The notes under the pieces are model-generated. The model saw nothing but the letters and a program-made list of their open reading frames with translations. It made no database searches and was not told the DNA's origin. DNA of 64,000 nt, from positions 19,468,001 to 19,532,000 of the forward strand of contig OZ281499.1 in the NCBI GenBank assembly GCA_965637545.1, in the 5' to 3' direction. Of this stretch, positions 1-15,200 are shown piece after piece; within the stretch, counting starts at the first letter, position 1, and each line of letters opens with the position of its first letter. The DNA comes from Phallusia mammillata (lineage: Eukaryota). The position numbers and the translations under genes were made by a program.

Positions 1-222
1 GAAGGCAATGTCAGTCAGTTTTACCGTCATATTCATTCATACCACTCCAAGCATTTAGCTTAATGGGAAAGCATTCTTACACTGGATTGAGAAATATATC
101 CAGAGGGATATCACTATTTATCATTTGTCGATTTTGTCCCAATGGGGACTGTGTTTATTGCGATGTGAATTGTGGTAGGTTCTATCCTTCAGCAATTTAA
201 TTGGCTTCTTTTTGTATTGCAG

Positions 223-3200
223 CTTTGGTAAACAAATTCCTGGTACCAAACGCAGAGGTTGTCAATGCCTTGTCCTTGAACCATCGGAAATGATAGCTGT
301 AAGTATATTTTATTTATGTTTTGTTTGATTATAATCAGTTGTGTTGTTTGAGTACATAATTATGTACCATTTGCCTAAAATATTTGTTGCATTTAGTTTG
401 TAATATTTTACACATTTGCTTTATCTCGATACAAAACACCATATGTTTATGAACAGCACTGCTGTACTGAACCTTGCATAAAGATGTGAGAAAGTGCCTT
501 AAAAAAGGCTGCCCAGGTTCATGAATGATGCATCACCTGAAAACATAGACAATGAATCATATACCCTTCTACTCTCTTTTTTGTAATTAGCTCTCTTTTT
601 GTGAATACGGAAGTGTGGGCTATAAGTTTGTGATTGAAAAATCGGCACCAAAGCTTGTTGATCTCACTCATCAGCTTGACCTGGCATTGCTGTTCTTATC
701 GCCATGACATCCTTGACAGCAATAAAATGCCTGAGGGCCTTAGTCTCTTCTTGGATGTCGTCCTTATCTGATAAAGTGTTAAGCCTCACCTTCTTGTTGC
801 CAAGGCACTGCTGGCCTTTTTTTGCGGAGATTTCCAAAATAGATATCTGGCACTGGTCCCAGTCATGAGGGTTACTTGGCATGTAAACACTGTTTTTTTT
901 TAGTTCAGAATGTTTTTAAATTCAATTTAGACTGTTTTAGGACACTAGGAATGCTAGATTAAATGTGTTGTGTTTCAAGATGTAGAAACTTTATTACATA
1001 TGAAATATTTTGTCTAATACACTTGTCATTTTACAGATTGACTACCCAGATATGACTTTACATAGCGGTGGAATAACGACAAGACCTCACGCTTTTCGCC
1101 ATAGCAGCTCAAATTCTGCGTCAAGTACATTAGACAGTGTAATTGAAGTGGATTCCACATCTTCTGAAGTAAGTAATGTACCTTGTTGGTTTTTGTTTTT
1201 TTCAAACTGTTGATTGCAACAATAAGTTAATCGGATTTTGTAGGCCCATCATATTTTACTGTTTGATATTTCTGTGTTTTTTTCCTCAAACTGGTAATTT
1301 GTTTTTAAAAATTTTCTCAAAATGATGTAATATAATTGAACTTTACTTTCTGGAGTAATGCAACAAAGTGGTAAAGCAAGGTTGAAGTCAATTATATTAA
1401 TCCTTTAAATCTGTTTCCTTGCACTTTTTTGGTAATCAACTGCTACTGCATTTGCATTGCATTCAATAAAATGAACTGTCATTTTAGTCGTTACACAGCT
1501 CCCCGATGCACCAAGCTATGGCAACAAACTTGCACAAAGCTGCAAATGGACAAGTTACAATGCGAGACGATATTTCACAATCCAGCTTTTCAAAAGACAT
1601 TGTAAGTTTTACACAAATGTTACAAGTTTAGTTTGCTTGATGTTGCTTTTTAGGAAATTACAAAAGGATTTGTTACTTTTGTCCTGTTTATGTTTGTAAG
1701 CCAAGTCATTTTATCAGCAGTGTGTAAGATTTCCAAGTTATCTATTCATGGTACATCGAAAACAAATAGTCATACTTCCTGTTTCGTTAACATGAAACTT
1801 GTTTATGTTAAGGATATTTGTCAGTATGGTCACATTTCCTTATAATTGACCTTGCATCAGTATAACTTTGCAGGATGTTTTTAGTTTAACTCAGCTTTAT
1901 TGACAATTACACTACATTGTAGATAAAGAATTCTTTTGAGTGGCTTATTGTGATCACAATGATTTATTTTTTATGGTAAACTACGTCAATTTGTTTTATT
2001 TACCAATTGTTGAAGATGCTTTGATTAAATTACCACAAATAAGGGTTAATCCAGACCCATTTGGACCAAAAAAGATTAACTGATGTCGGTTAGTCTAAGC
2101 CTTACCACATTACAAATCTTTTGCACCTCATATTTTGCTGGAATTAGTCAAAGATCCAGATTAACTGAATCCTGTTTTTTGCCCAATTTTTAAGTTTGTG
2201 AAACTGTTACACTGTGTCTCGATTACATGAGGTGTACACCAATAGATCTTTGGAAATACAGTAAACCTGGGTTAAAAGTTTTATCAGCATGCTTTTTTGC
2301 AGGATGATGGTGAAGAAGATATGGAAGAACCAGACATTGATGAGGATGATTCTATTTCTCTACATTCCACCTCATCCATTGTCATCAAAGATCTTGTGAT
2401 TGAAGTTCTCAAAAAGGACATAGCTGACCGAAATGGAGATGATCTTGGTAAGAGTAATATACTGGTTGTATATTTTTTGAATTTTATGTTATATTGTTTT
2501 AACAAGCTAAGCTGATTTTTTCACTACCCTTTAACATGAAATAGGGGTAAATTTTCATTTTACAAGCAGGTCATTTTTTAACTGTTATGGGTTTCCAACG
2601 TCTGTTTAATTGCTCATGCAAACTTCGCTGTGTCAGAAAAGCGCAATTGAAAACAATTCATTATTCATGTTTAGAAATTCTGCTGGAATTTACCAAGAGC
2701 CTGCGTGCGTTTTCAAACATGACCGAGCCTATCAGAAGAGCTCTTTGCAAAGTCATGGTTTTTGCATGGGTGGAAAAAGCTGGCACAGTTGTTCTTAAGG
2801 ATGATGAACTGGTAAGTAAACATTTGAGAGTTGACACAATATAAAGCTATTTTAGTGATTTTACTTGTCAGATGAATGATCAAAATTTATAAATGAAAAA
2901 ATAATTGTGATGTTATTGTAAAGTGCAATGCCTGTGCTTTTAAAGTACATAATTTGTTTCAAATTGTACTGTAAGCATAGAATTAAAGTTTGAGTATGTT
3001 GACCTTTTTTGCAACATATAAACCCTTTTTGTGCATGTAAGCAATTTTGATTTTCCTGTGCTGCTATATCTAATCTGCACCACTTGATCTGCAGCTTGAT
3101 TCGTGGTCTGTGATAATCAACGGACAAGTTCAGGTGAAAACAAAAGATGGAAGTAGCGATACAGAGCTGGTTATGGGTGACAGCTTCGGGGTTGAAGCCA

Positions 3201-6200
3201 CCTTGCAGTCACAAAACCACAAAGGTGTCATGTACACATGCTGCGACGACTGTCAGGTAATGATACTTCATGACAACCCAAAACACACTTGCAAAACTGG
3301 TTGAGATAACTGCATACACATATTAGATGCTGTACTTTTTTATTTTTGTACTGATGCAAAATTAAAAGGTTTAAAAAAATGTGGTGTATTTTTCATTTTA
3401 AGACTTTGTTTAAATTGCTGTATGTTCCTGTTTTCTAGTTACAAAAATTAGCATCAGACATATATAACTGCCTATGAGGTGCTGTATTATTTTTCATTTT
3501 TTTGTACTGATTTTGTGCAAAATTAACTGCAAGGGATCAAAACAATGAAAAAGAATTGAACTACATACAACCTAAGCTGTATGTAATGAAGACATGTTAT
3601 GCTGTCTCATGCTCGCTCTAAAAAGTATACAAACCAGGCTACTGTTTGTATACATGGTGTTCAATTTCACAGAAACGCTGATTTACTGTTTTGTCTTGAT
3701 TATATTGTTTTGAAATACAGAGCCTGTCTGGATAACACTTGCCAAACTAAAATACTTCGCTGCTTATTAATTGTTACAAATTTAACTGGAAATATAATTA
3801 CAATTTGAATTTTTTATTTTTTTTTGGTAAGCTCCTTTGCGTTTCTAAAACAACTGAATTCAAAAATTGCTTTTTCTTAGTTCCTTTGCATTGCACAACA
3901 AGAATATTACGACGTTCTTCACCAAGGACAAGAAAACATTCAAAATATCACAGATGAGAGTGGCCAGATTGTAATGGTGAAGGAAAAACGAGAATTTGAT
4001 GGCGGTGCCAAAAAAGGCAATATTGTCATTCGAGTAAGTGTCTATATTCATCACATGAGCAATTTCTCATCATCCATTGTTTAATTTCAGCATTGAGTCA
4101 CTTTTTTGATTAGGGTATTGTTTTGGTTCATCATTAAGTAATGTCTATACCAGTGTTTCTGATCTTCAAGTTTCTATATTCTGTAAACATTGTTTAATAT
4201 GGACCCCTTGGGACCAAGAAATTGTCTGGATTAGGCCAAGATCCTGATTAACCGAAATCAATTAGTTAAAGTTGTACCACATTAGAAGTCATTTATACCT
4301 CGAGTTTTGTGCAAATTATGCAAAGATCCGGTTTAACTAAGGTTTACTATACATTCTAAGCCTTGCCTCTTTTTTGCAACATGCTTTTTAGGTAAACTTT
4401 TTTGTTTAAGATGAGTTAGTTGAACCTATTGATTTACTTCTATCCTGAGATAACATTCTTTCTTTCTTTTAACTTTAAGGAGACCAGAAAGACAGCTACA
4501 TTGTATTACAGTGATTCAAAAGAACTTGAGTTAAAACAGTATTGTTGAATAAAAGCAATGTTGTTTTCTTTATCAGGGCAATGCTGATAGCCTGCTACAT
4601 CATTTATTGGAGGACAACACGATAGATGCAACATACACTGATGACTTTTTACTTACATATAGAGCTTTTGGAAATGAACCACGAAAAATTTGCAGCAAAC
4701 TTTTAGAATGGTTCGATAACACCATGTTTCGTGATAAGGTAAACCAAGTTTTAAATTTTTATTATTGCTATACTGATCAGTTTGCTTGTTAAAATTGTTC
4801 CAATTTGATGCACTTCATGTGGCTATTTTACTATTTGGAAAAACAATTCTGATTTTAAGAACTCTGGTAGCTGTTTTTGGTATAAAAGTTTTTAAATTGT
4901 CTTGTTAATTTTTTTGTTTTTCTACGGTTAGTTTGTCTAAACATATTAGCACATTGTAAGTGTTTTTAAATTGTCTGATGAGTTTTATGGTTTTCTACAT
5001 TTAGTTAACCTAAGCATATAGGCAAATGGTAAACACTATGCTTTTGAAATTATAATATGAACACTAGGCCCTTTTAGGTATCCAACTATTCCCATGTGTT
5101 TACTTGATGCAACCAATCACCTCATGACACGTGTATAGTGATATCAGATTTCTGACCCAACCACTTTCCATTGTAAATCATGTAAACATAATAAGAATCT
5201 GTGTAGTGAACGGAAATAGTGACAGTATAGCACCGTAAGATGAACTTATGACATTTCTACCTGTCACTGTTGGATTAGTAACACCTTTAAATGACCTAAT
5301 GTGTACATTTTCCTGCAGTGAACTTTTGACTTTTTCTGTATTGCAGTGACCAAAAACATTCCTGTTAATGTTATTTTTTGAACTCTACCAATATGATTTT
5401 GAATATCTTTGTAACCTGGTTTTTAACCTGAAGTTAACGTTGGTGGGAGGGCTTAGATTTGGTTAAAAAGGTCTTCAAATCATGTTGGTATATTTTCAAA
5501 AATAGTTTTTTTGAAGGATATTATATTGATTTTTTTCTGATTTTTCCTTTTTCAAGAACATCAACTGAAAGCTACTGAAACAACTCTAGGTTGGTTGTAT
5601 CACATTTTTCAATTTTATGTGAAAACTTTCAGGTTATCAGAGTCATATTACTATGGGTGAACAATCATTTCAACGACTTCGAATGCGATTGGCGAATGAT
5701 GGCCCTGCTCGAAAAGTTTGAAGGCAAACTGCATCAGCATCAATTACAAGGCGAAATGATGCTCTTCAACATCGCATGCAACGCCAAAGCAAAACCAAGA
5801 ACAGTCTCCATAGTAAGTTCTTGTTTCAGTTGTGTTTCTGTCTCCTAGTAATCCCCGCCAATCCTCTACTGTTTCCTGTTATTGGAGGTCAACAATCTGC
5901 TTCGTGTTAATCTTCAAGTTTACTTCCTGGAGAGCGGGAAATGGTTGTTGCGTTTTCTCTTTACTCACAATGTTGTATCGATGGTTTTGTTGCAGATTCA
6001 ATTGAAAATTTGACTTTGAGGAAATGCACAAATTTCCTCTTAAACTTTAACACAAATTTTTATTTGCAAGTTTTATCTAGATTTTAGGGTCTTTATTGCA
6101 ATCCTGAAGATGAAATGTGTTTTTTCCCTTTCTATATTATGTTTTTACTAAATTTTATAAAGCGGACATATTTTAACCTGTTTTTGACTGTTGGAATGTG

Positions 6201-9200
6201 TGCACTGTACCAAAATTCTGCATTTTTTGAAACAAAGTATGCATGTTTTTTTTTTTAGACAAGACAGTCAAACGAAGTTGATCTTGGCTTTGAAATTATC
6301 GGTGGAAGCGAAAACAATTTTCCCATTTACATCGATAAGGTCAAGGAAGGCTCCTCTGCTGAAGAAAAAGGTGTCAAAAGAGGTACAGAAAATATCACTT
6401 TTGAGTACCTTTTCCTATTATTTCTACAAAACAGACAAGCCAATGTATTTGTAAAAAATAGCAATACGACAATTCTTATGTCATTTGTCAATGATTTTAC
6501 ATATGATGTCTTGTCTGTTTCTTGTCAAAATATTTTAAACGATAAATTCTTTATATTTTTTTCTAAAACCTATTCTGTTGTTTGTGTGTTTGTCATTTTT
6601 TTTATTGTTTGTATTTTGGTTGAGATTGTAATTTATAACCTCAGTTGGAAAGTATTTTCAACTTTGTTGTTTTTGTGTGCAGGTGACCTTCTCATGGAAG
6701 TAAACGGACAAAACTTCGAGAAATTGAGCAAAGAAAAAGCGCATGTGATATTAAACAAAAACACAGAGCTCAACATGACATTAAAAACAAGCCTTTTCCG
6801 TAAGTTTACAATCATTTTTCACTTTCACGCCACAGTATAAAACAAGGTGTATTTCTTATAAGAGGTTACACTTAACCTTTACAATGAAAAATAAGATTTA
6901 AAAAGATGATTTTTTTCAATATTTTTGTTGTTAATTTGCTGACAAAAAGATGACTGTGGGAGGATCAACTTTGGATAACTAACTGACATGTCAGTAAATT
7001 TTAATATGTTTCAAGTACTCTTTCCTGAATGTTTTCTCGTTATACAGAAAAAATGGACAAAAATATATGTGTGTAGGTCAAGGATGTGTATGATCAGTCA
7101 ATTGGACATAAAATATATATAATGGAATATATAGGAAAACCACCTTTCAAGTTGTATAAAGATTTAACACTATTACAATTTTTGATGTACAGCTTTTAAA
7201 CAAATGGTTGAAGAACTCAGTAACCCCCATAAGAAGAAAAAGGGCAAAGGAGATGACAAAATGCCACACGCGCCAGGCAATCGTGCTGGCAGGATGTCAT
7301 TAACGATGCTGCCAAATGACGGGTCTGACACCTTTGACACAAAACATCGCAAAGGTGAAGTTCTATAACTTGTCAAAAAGTATTATTCTGTTCACGACTT
7401 TGTAAAACCAACAACTATAGGCTTAAATTGTATGTTCTACTACCCTTATTTGGCACATACTGCACACACCTTTTATGTTTTAAACTACAGTAAGCGCCGG
7501 TTAATTTGGAACTTTATGTGATTTAGACAGAACCTGAGGTGCAAATGATTTGTAATGTGGTAAGACTGGAACCACAATTTTTTTGGTCCACATGGCTTTG
7601 GATTAACCAAGGTTTACTGTATTTTTTGACCTATATTTAAGGTCAACAATGAATTTAGCAATTTATAATTCTTTGTAGCATCTGTCCCGGGAACTAAGAC
7701 TCGCAAATTGAGTTTGCTTAACAAGATATCAAGTTTCCCTAACTATCTCAATGTATTCATGTCGTAAGTTGCAGTTATGGCGAAGTAGTTTCAGTTAATT
7801 TGCTTGGTTTTGAATAGTGTGGAGGGATTTTTGATAGAGGTGATGGTAGTTTATTGAGTAGCTGCAATGCCTATATTGTACTTCCTATTGCAATGTTTGT
7901 GGTTAGATTCTAAATATAGTGCATTGTGCTTCAAAGGTTGTGGCTTACTGATGTGATACCCTTTGTGGTATAAATTGACCTATCAGGAAATCTTAAAAAA
8001 ACACAGCGGGTTGCCAAACTGACAAACGCATTGTTGTATCAGGCAATCCCTTGATTCACATTATTTAGTTCTCACATTTTTTTCTGAAAATAGTCCTTGC
8101 AAGTTATTACATCAAATGTTAACTAGTTTTATAATGCCAAAATAACAACATTTCTCTATCGAGCTACATCTTTAAACCAAAAGAAATGTGTATGTTGTAT
8201 GAAACAGTGTAAAAAATTTCAAAAAAAGAAATTACTAAATAACTGGCTAAAATACAAAGATATCTAAAACACCACTTTTGAACACACGTAGGTGGTTCTC
8301 TGAGCGAGAAAACCAAACGGTTTATCTCCAAGTTTAATGTACTTCCCAAGATGTTGAGTACTGAGTAAGTTAAAAAACACTTTGTCACATTGTGTGTGTG
8401 TGTTAACTTTTTGTCACTGTTGTTTGTCACTGTCCGCTTGTAATGTAGTTGTAGCTAATATGCTAACAATTTTTGAACGTAGTGTAGTTGCTTTTGAAGG
8501 ATGTTTCAGATGTCCATGCACACTTCCTAATTCCTGCCGCTATTGCCATTTAATGCTGGTATATTAATCATATTGTGCTTGTATTGTATGCAAAATAGGC
8601 TACTGTTTGTGTTAAATGGCAAAACAAAATGATATTTGAAAATAGCAAGCATCAACTTGATTGCGATTTTTAGGTGGAACCTTGGGTCGTGCCAAGGGTA
8701 AACTTAAGAAAATGTTTCGGAAAGACAATAACTTTTCCGACTATATGGCCAGACAGTAAGTCTCCGTTAAATAACCAAGATTGCAGCAATTGGGTTTCTA
8801 ATTTGCTGCCATTATTTTCATTTTTGTTGGAAAAAAGACTTTTAGTTGCCAAGCAGCAGTACTTTTGTTCTTTCATTTTATTTTGGTTGCAGATTGTCTG
8901 TGATTTATTTTTGCTCTATAATGCAAACTGAAAGATTTTAAAAATTGGGTGTCCCACAAAACGTTATACCAAGCATACACAAATTGACATAAAAAAACAT
9001 ACATAAGGGGGAATGATAGAGTGGTTACAGTTTACAAGTCAACACCTTTTATGACGAGACAACTAAGATCAATGAAATTTTTTCACTTTTTATTACATTT
9101 CCTTCACCTGGTCAGTCATTCAAATGCATAATGTACATCTTAGAATGCATTAAACACATTTTGTCAAGATTCACAGTAAAATTTTCACCATTTTTCACAA

Positions 9201-12200
9201 AGTAATTGCATTTCAATAATTTGCATTTCCATCAACTGTCGCCTTGGTGGTTTGTTTGCCATATTCCCATTTGCAGCATGAAGCTTGAATAGTGTAATTT
9301 AGTGCATGCTTAGATGCCAGATACATGATACTTTTATTTACTGCATGCAATTTTGTAGCGAAATTTTGTTGCATTATTTGGTGTGTTTTAAACATTGGTG
9401 TTGCACTTGTTAAAAACTTTATCTTATGTCATTAAAGGTAAAACTGTATTTAATTCTGAAAAAAGTCAAGAATAACATGTTTTGAAATGCTGTGTTAAAA
9501 TATTCTAACATTTAAGCAGAAAAAAAGTAATTGCAATTAAACTTGGTTTATCTACAATGGTGATGTTTTGCATTGTTACGTGAAAAAGCATATTTGAAGT
9601 CCAAATTGGCATCTGTAGCAATGCAAACTTACTATTGTAGTCTTCTGCCGTGTTATTAACTGCATTACTACTGGTGATTGAATCTAACCATATGCATGTT
9701 GTTTTTTCCCACACAAACATTTTCATTTCACAAAAAAAATTCACCAACTACACGAACATTCGCATGCACACATATGCCTGTTTCCTTCTATCACCCACCC
9801 AACATAAAACCTTACGAAAACCTCTCCCATTTTGTCTTGTTCCAAAAACCTTGCGAAACTCCACTATTAAAATCTACTCTTACTACACTATGAACAACAC
9901 ACGTACGCCTACACACGGACACCTACACAAACACAGTGGGGTCGAACAGGTTTCAGTGGACGATTCGATGCTAGGACCTCAGTCCAGACCTCGTTATATG
10001 TCGGGTTCGGCTACAATCGACGGACCCCGTTCGTTCTTCCATTCCTCAACAGTTAGCTTAAGCAACCCTGACTTGCTTGATCCAGCCGCTTACGAAATGG
10101 GTGCTTTGTCAGGTAAATGTAGGCAGGTTGATCTTCTGGTGGACGCCGAACACGGTTTTAAACGCTCTGGATTTTAGGGAAAATGGATTATTTTTCTTTG
10201 TCTGTTGCTTAATAGGTGGTAGGTAAATTATGACGTAATCGCTACAAACGGAAAAAGGAGATTTTGTACGCCTTATGGCAATTGGATATGACAACACTTC
10301 TGGGAAATAGTGTTGTTTTGGGGTTTTAACATTCCATGAAATGTTGCACACCTCACGCCACGTTATTGTATATTTTAGCTGGTATAGATTTCTATCAGAG
10401 ATGCGTTTTTTTAACTAAAATGCCTCTTCAGTCGGTCATATGAAAACGTTTTTTTGGTGATACCATCTCCTTACATTCAGTTTTTATGTGTAGAAGTTCC
10501 AGAGGATGTAATCAAGGTATACAGAGCCGACCAAACTCATCGCTTTGTGTGTGTAAACCGCGATACAACGGCCGGAGACGCAGTTGTACATGCGTGCAAA
10601 GAATATGGGATTATAGACGACGTAGAAAATTACGCTCTGTACAAGGTAAGGTCATGGCCTGCTGCAATAAATCCATGTGCTATTTTGAACATTTTCCGTT
10701 ATTGATAACCTATTAAAATACATGTGTTTCAATTAGGGGGAATCTACAACCCAAAGGCTAAACCGTTTCGGTTTCAATATAACCGACAATGCGGTTTTCC
10801 TGTGGGATTTTTTTACAATAAATTACACGGCTTAGCAAATACTGTCTCAAATCACGCTTGACATAAGCTTCGATAGAAGTGCTTTACATACAAAGGAAGT
10901 CCAATTTAACACTGGCTACAGACCACTAAGCGTTGCCATGTTTTCATTCTGCATGGTCTTGGGTTATGTATTCTGTCTGCAGACAAATCTAAGGTTATCA
11001 AAGACAGTGGCTAATATGGGACCCATTATAAATTAAGTGCAGGAAATATATTAAGGTTTTGTTTAAAGTGTACATACAATGGCAAAATGTGCTAAGCCAC
11101 CCTTCTAGTTTAGAAATATACTATTATCTACTACTATGTGGGTGCAAAACTTTTTGTTGCTACTGAACCGTATGTTTTAAGCAACTTGTGGTCCTTTTTT
11201 TTCACGCTACAAACAAAACCATGTACTGTGGATTATCTACTAGTAATTTGTGTTTCCTCTTATTTTTAGGTTTCAGTTCAGGGCGAAAAATTTGTGAAAC
11301 AATCAAAGCTTCCAGACCCTCTGGCAAAGTTAGCCAATATTCCGCTGGGTTCCAGGTAAACATGAAAACCTTAATTTTCTATTCCAATCGAAAAAATCGT
11401 TATTGTTTGGCAATAAATAAACCCGTGGTTCTAATCCTTGGCTTGAGCGTTTCAAAAACACCAAATTTTCGAAGAAAGTTCTTTGAGATTCTCAAATACT
11501 TTTTAATGAAAAATAATGTCTGAAGTATAATGAGGAAAATAACGGCCCGAATAGACGTAAAAAGCAACACACTTTATTGTTCAAACGGTTCCGCGAATGC
11601 ACATGCCATCAGGGTGTTCAAAGTTTAAAGAAGTTATAATGCAATCGTGTATTTGATTTCAAAATGCGTGATCGTGTTTTACATGAGTTTTCCAAACCAC
11701 AGGTATTACCTCAAAAACACGATGAACAGCGAACAGTTGCTTCCCGACGAGAATATTCCAGAACTTTTAAAGGAAGCCAACTTCTCTTTTCTTGATCTCA
11801 ACTGTTTCGAGGTACGTTCACGCTTGTAAAAATATCCTTTGCCATATTTTTTTTTCAAAGTCCTATTTTCCGCAATTTTAGGTGGGTAAATTATACTTAC
11901 ATTGCATTACTGCAAAGCCAGTTGACAAAAAAGGCTTTGATATCTGTGTTAGTCACATAGTACATCAATGGCACACATTGTATTGTTATAATCGGAAATT
12001 TTAAAGTAAATCATTTTGTAGGTGTCTGTTTTTAGCATGGTAAAGAAACTTAAAACGCTGAACAGTTATGTTATTAATTTCTTCCTAGGGGTAAATAAAA
12101 GAGAAGTTAAAACCTATGCTTCAAGTACACTATACTTTATCAATTGGCAACATAAGTTTAAAAGCGATTTTGGTTTTAGGTCGCACTTCACCTGACAAGG

Positions 12201-15200
12201 GAGGATTACAAAATGTTTCAACAAACTCAACCCACAAACTTTATTGAAGATCTTTTCCATCTCGATGCAGAGTTGACTCAGTTCAAAGATTTTGAAGGTT
12301 TGTTTCCAATATCATAATGTTACTCTGCCAATTTGGTTTTCAAAATCCGTGAACAGTAGTCAGTTTCTAGTTACCAAATAGGGGTATTTATACGTCGGCT
12401 TGCACGAGATTGTTAAATTTATGAAACAGATCGGTTGCAACAAAGAAAAAATGGAAATTGCTGCACCAACAAAACCGTTCCTATACGAATGCTTTTAATG
12501 TTGTTCAAGAAAATCATACTTTTATTGTATTTTTGAAGCCAAAACACATTTTACAATGTTTTCATATTTTAATAACGTTGCCCGCTCTCTCAGGCGAATC
12601 AGACACAATGTCATAACTTACATTGTAAAATATATATTTAGGTTTTCAATTTGCGATTTGTTATCAATGTGTTAACTTAACTAATCGCTGTGAAATGTTT
12701 GCATTCAACCTTTTGCCTATCCAGCAGTGAGCCCGTTTCTCTTTACAACCTAATCCTGCATATTCACTTCACTCTCTTATCACAACACGTCTAGTACCGA
12801 CTCCTTACATTTTTACCCGGCCGTGTCTAGACCGTATTTATTTCGTACACACACCGGTTACACGCAGGGTCATTGAACTAAGAATAGGTTGTTTTTTCGT
12901 GTTTTTAGCCGTTGTAGCTGTAGGATTAACTCTAGGGGTGCACGAAATTATTGTTTGCTGTAAACGTTGCTGTGTTGTGACTTTTTTCTATCTTGAGTGG
13001 CAGCCCTTTTTAAGAATAATCCGTTTAAAAGTGTCACGCCTTTATGTACCCAGTCTAGCAAGTTCTACCCCAAGGGGCCTGTTTTGTTCAAAAAGTTTTG
13101 CTCTTCAAACTTATCGTATTACTTGAAATAAGTGACCGATGCCGTAAGTTTGAGACATTCTTAAAATTGAAATCATTTTTTATAACATCCCAATGCTAAA
13201 AATGAAATTACTTTTTATCTATAATAAACAAAAATAGAATACCTTTTTTGCATCACGTATATTTTCATTGTTTCAAACAAGTTTCTTTCAAAAAATGTAA
13301 AACCGGTCTTTACACGCAATTCTAATATATAACCAAAGGTATCAGAGAGGGATTTATTTAGGAAGCCCTGTATTGCTTGGGCGAGATTTTTGTAAACTTG
13401 ACTTTCAACACAAGCAGCTGTGGGTCAAATGACTAGCTACGTCCTGGGTATTGCAGCGTATAATATTGCCTTTAAACCATGTGTGGTCTGCGGTTTCAGT
13501 TGAAAAAAATGCCCTTTAATATTTTACCAACACTGACTGACTCAATGTCAGCTTTAGGGATTTGATCCAGCTGTTGTGTCATCAGCCGTTTTTTTTTTGT
13601 TTTTAGAACTCGTGAATCGCGAACTGTTCTGGGTTGTGACAACGATATGCAAAGAACCGAACCTGATTCAACGTTCCAAGATTATCAAACATTTCATCAA
13701 GATTGCACAACATTGCAAAATCATCAAAAACCTCAATTCAACTTTCGCACTTGTCAGGTATAGTAATCGTAATTAGTTATTTTTCCTAACACATAAACCA
13801 ATGGCAGTATTATGTTCAATGTATGACAATGTACATGGCTTAAATCCGTTTTGTTTGCCTATTCTTTTTTGCTTTTGGTAAATCCAGTTGTATAAAAAAA
13901 ACTTCATTGTTATCTATTGCTGTTTATGGCCGTAAACGATCATAACTATTTTATCATAATTATGGCTTTTAACTTCCAAGTAGTTTGTTTAGCTAAAAGC
14001 AGTGTGTTAGTGTGTTGATGTATAAGGTAGTTTATGCATTTTCTCCTATAAACAAGAAATCCACAATTGGTCATGGTAACAAGTATAACACATACCGCCG
14101 ACTTTAAGGAATGTAATACACGTACTGTATCCATTTTTTCTGCTAGGGATAGAATCAAATCTGTATAGCAAATTATTCAGCATGCCGTTTTTAAGGCTGG
14201 GTTCCCGACCATAATCTGGCTAGTAAAATTTTATGCTCATAACATGCTGCCCAGTTGTAAAACAGCGATTTCTGCAGCCTATTTAATCATATTATGCAAC
14301 AAATTCTCATCACGATATGATCCACTGCTTAGCCATGACCCACAGTCAGGAAACCACTGCGCTATACAAACTTAGATACCGTTTCTAAATTCCAAAATTG
14401 GAAACATTCCGGTTTCCATATTATACGGCCACTAAAGAGATACTACCTGACAAAACAGTGTTTGTACATCTATCACCGATTTCCATTTATGGCCTAGCTC
14501 CAAAACCATTGCGTTCAATTCCCAAGTAACACATTTTTCTCATCATTGCGCAGTGGTCTTGGTTATCGGGCCGTTTCCCGAATGAAACAGACTTGGGAGA
14601 AGGTTCCAGCAAAAAGCACGCGCCTCTTTGAGGAACTACAGGCTCTGATGGACCCTTCGCGTAACATGTCTAAATACAGAACACTGCTTAACGATTACAT
14701 TTCTCAACCACCAGTTATTCCATACATCCCTGTGGTCAAGAAAGATCTGTATTTTTTACATCTGGGTAAGTTTTGCGGTTTTGTATCGAGTGCCCACCAA
14801 ACCGTTCATCAATAACAAATTTGATGAAGTGGTAATGCAAACAAAATCTGACTTAACTTGACTTTGACTTTTAAATTTGTTGTTTTCTTTGCTGGAGCTC
14901 TGTTTATTGGTGTTTCTTACCTAAATGTGCTTAAAAAAACATAAAAGGAAAACATGCAAGTAATGCTTTTTTACAACAATTTAAGCAAAACAGGCGTTTT
15001 AAAAACAAAAACAACTGTGCCTAATTTAATACGCTACGAAGGTGATTGTATAATTTACTGCTTCTAATATTATCTGGTTCATGTCATTCTGCTACAAACG
15101 AAAAACAGGCGGATATTGTAACAATCGTACAAGACCAGATTCTTTTTTCGTGCACAATCATAAATATCAGCAGTGCGCTCTAATACCTTTCAGGTGCTGT

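Noticed and set aside
9650-9936. Long in-frame extension of the RAPGEF exon in the ORF track
   Set aside because: Openness is partly explained by AG/G depletion; no homology and no phase-compatible upstream acceptor identified.
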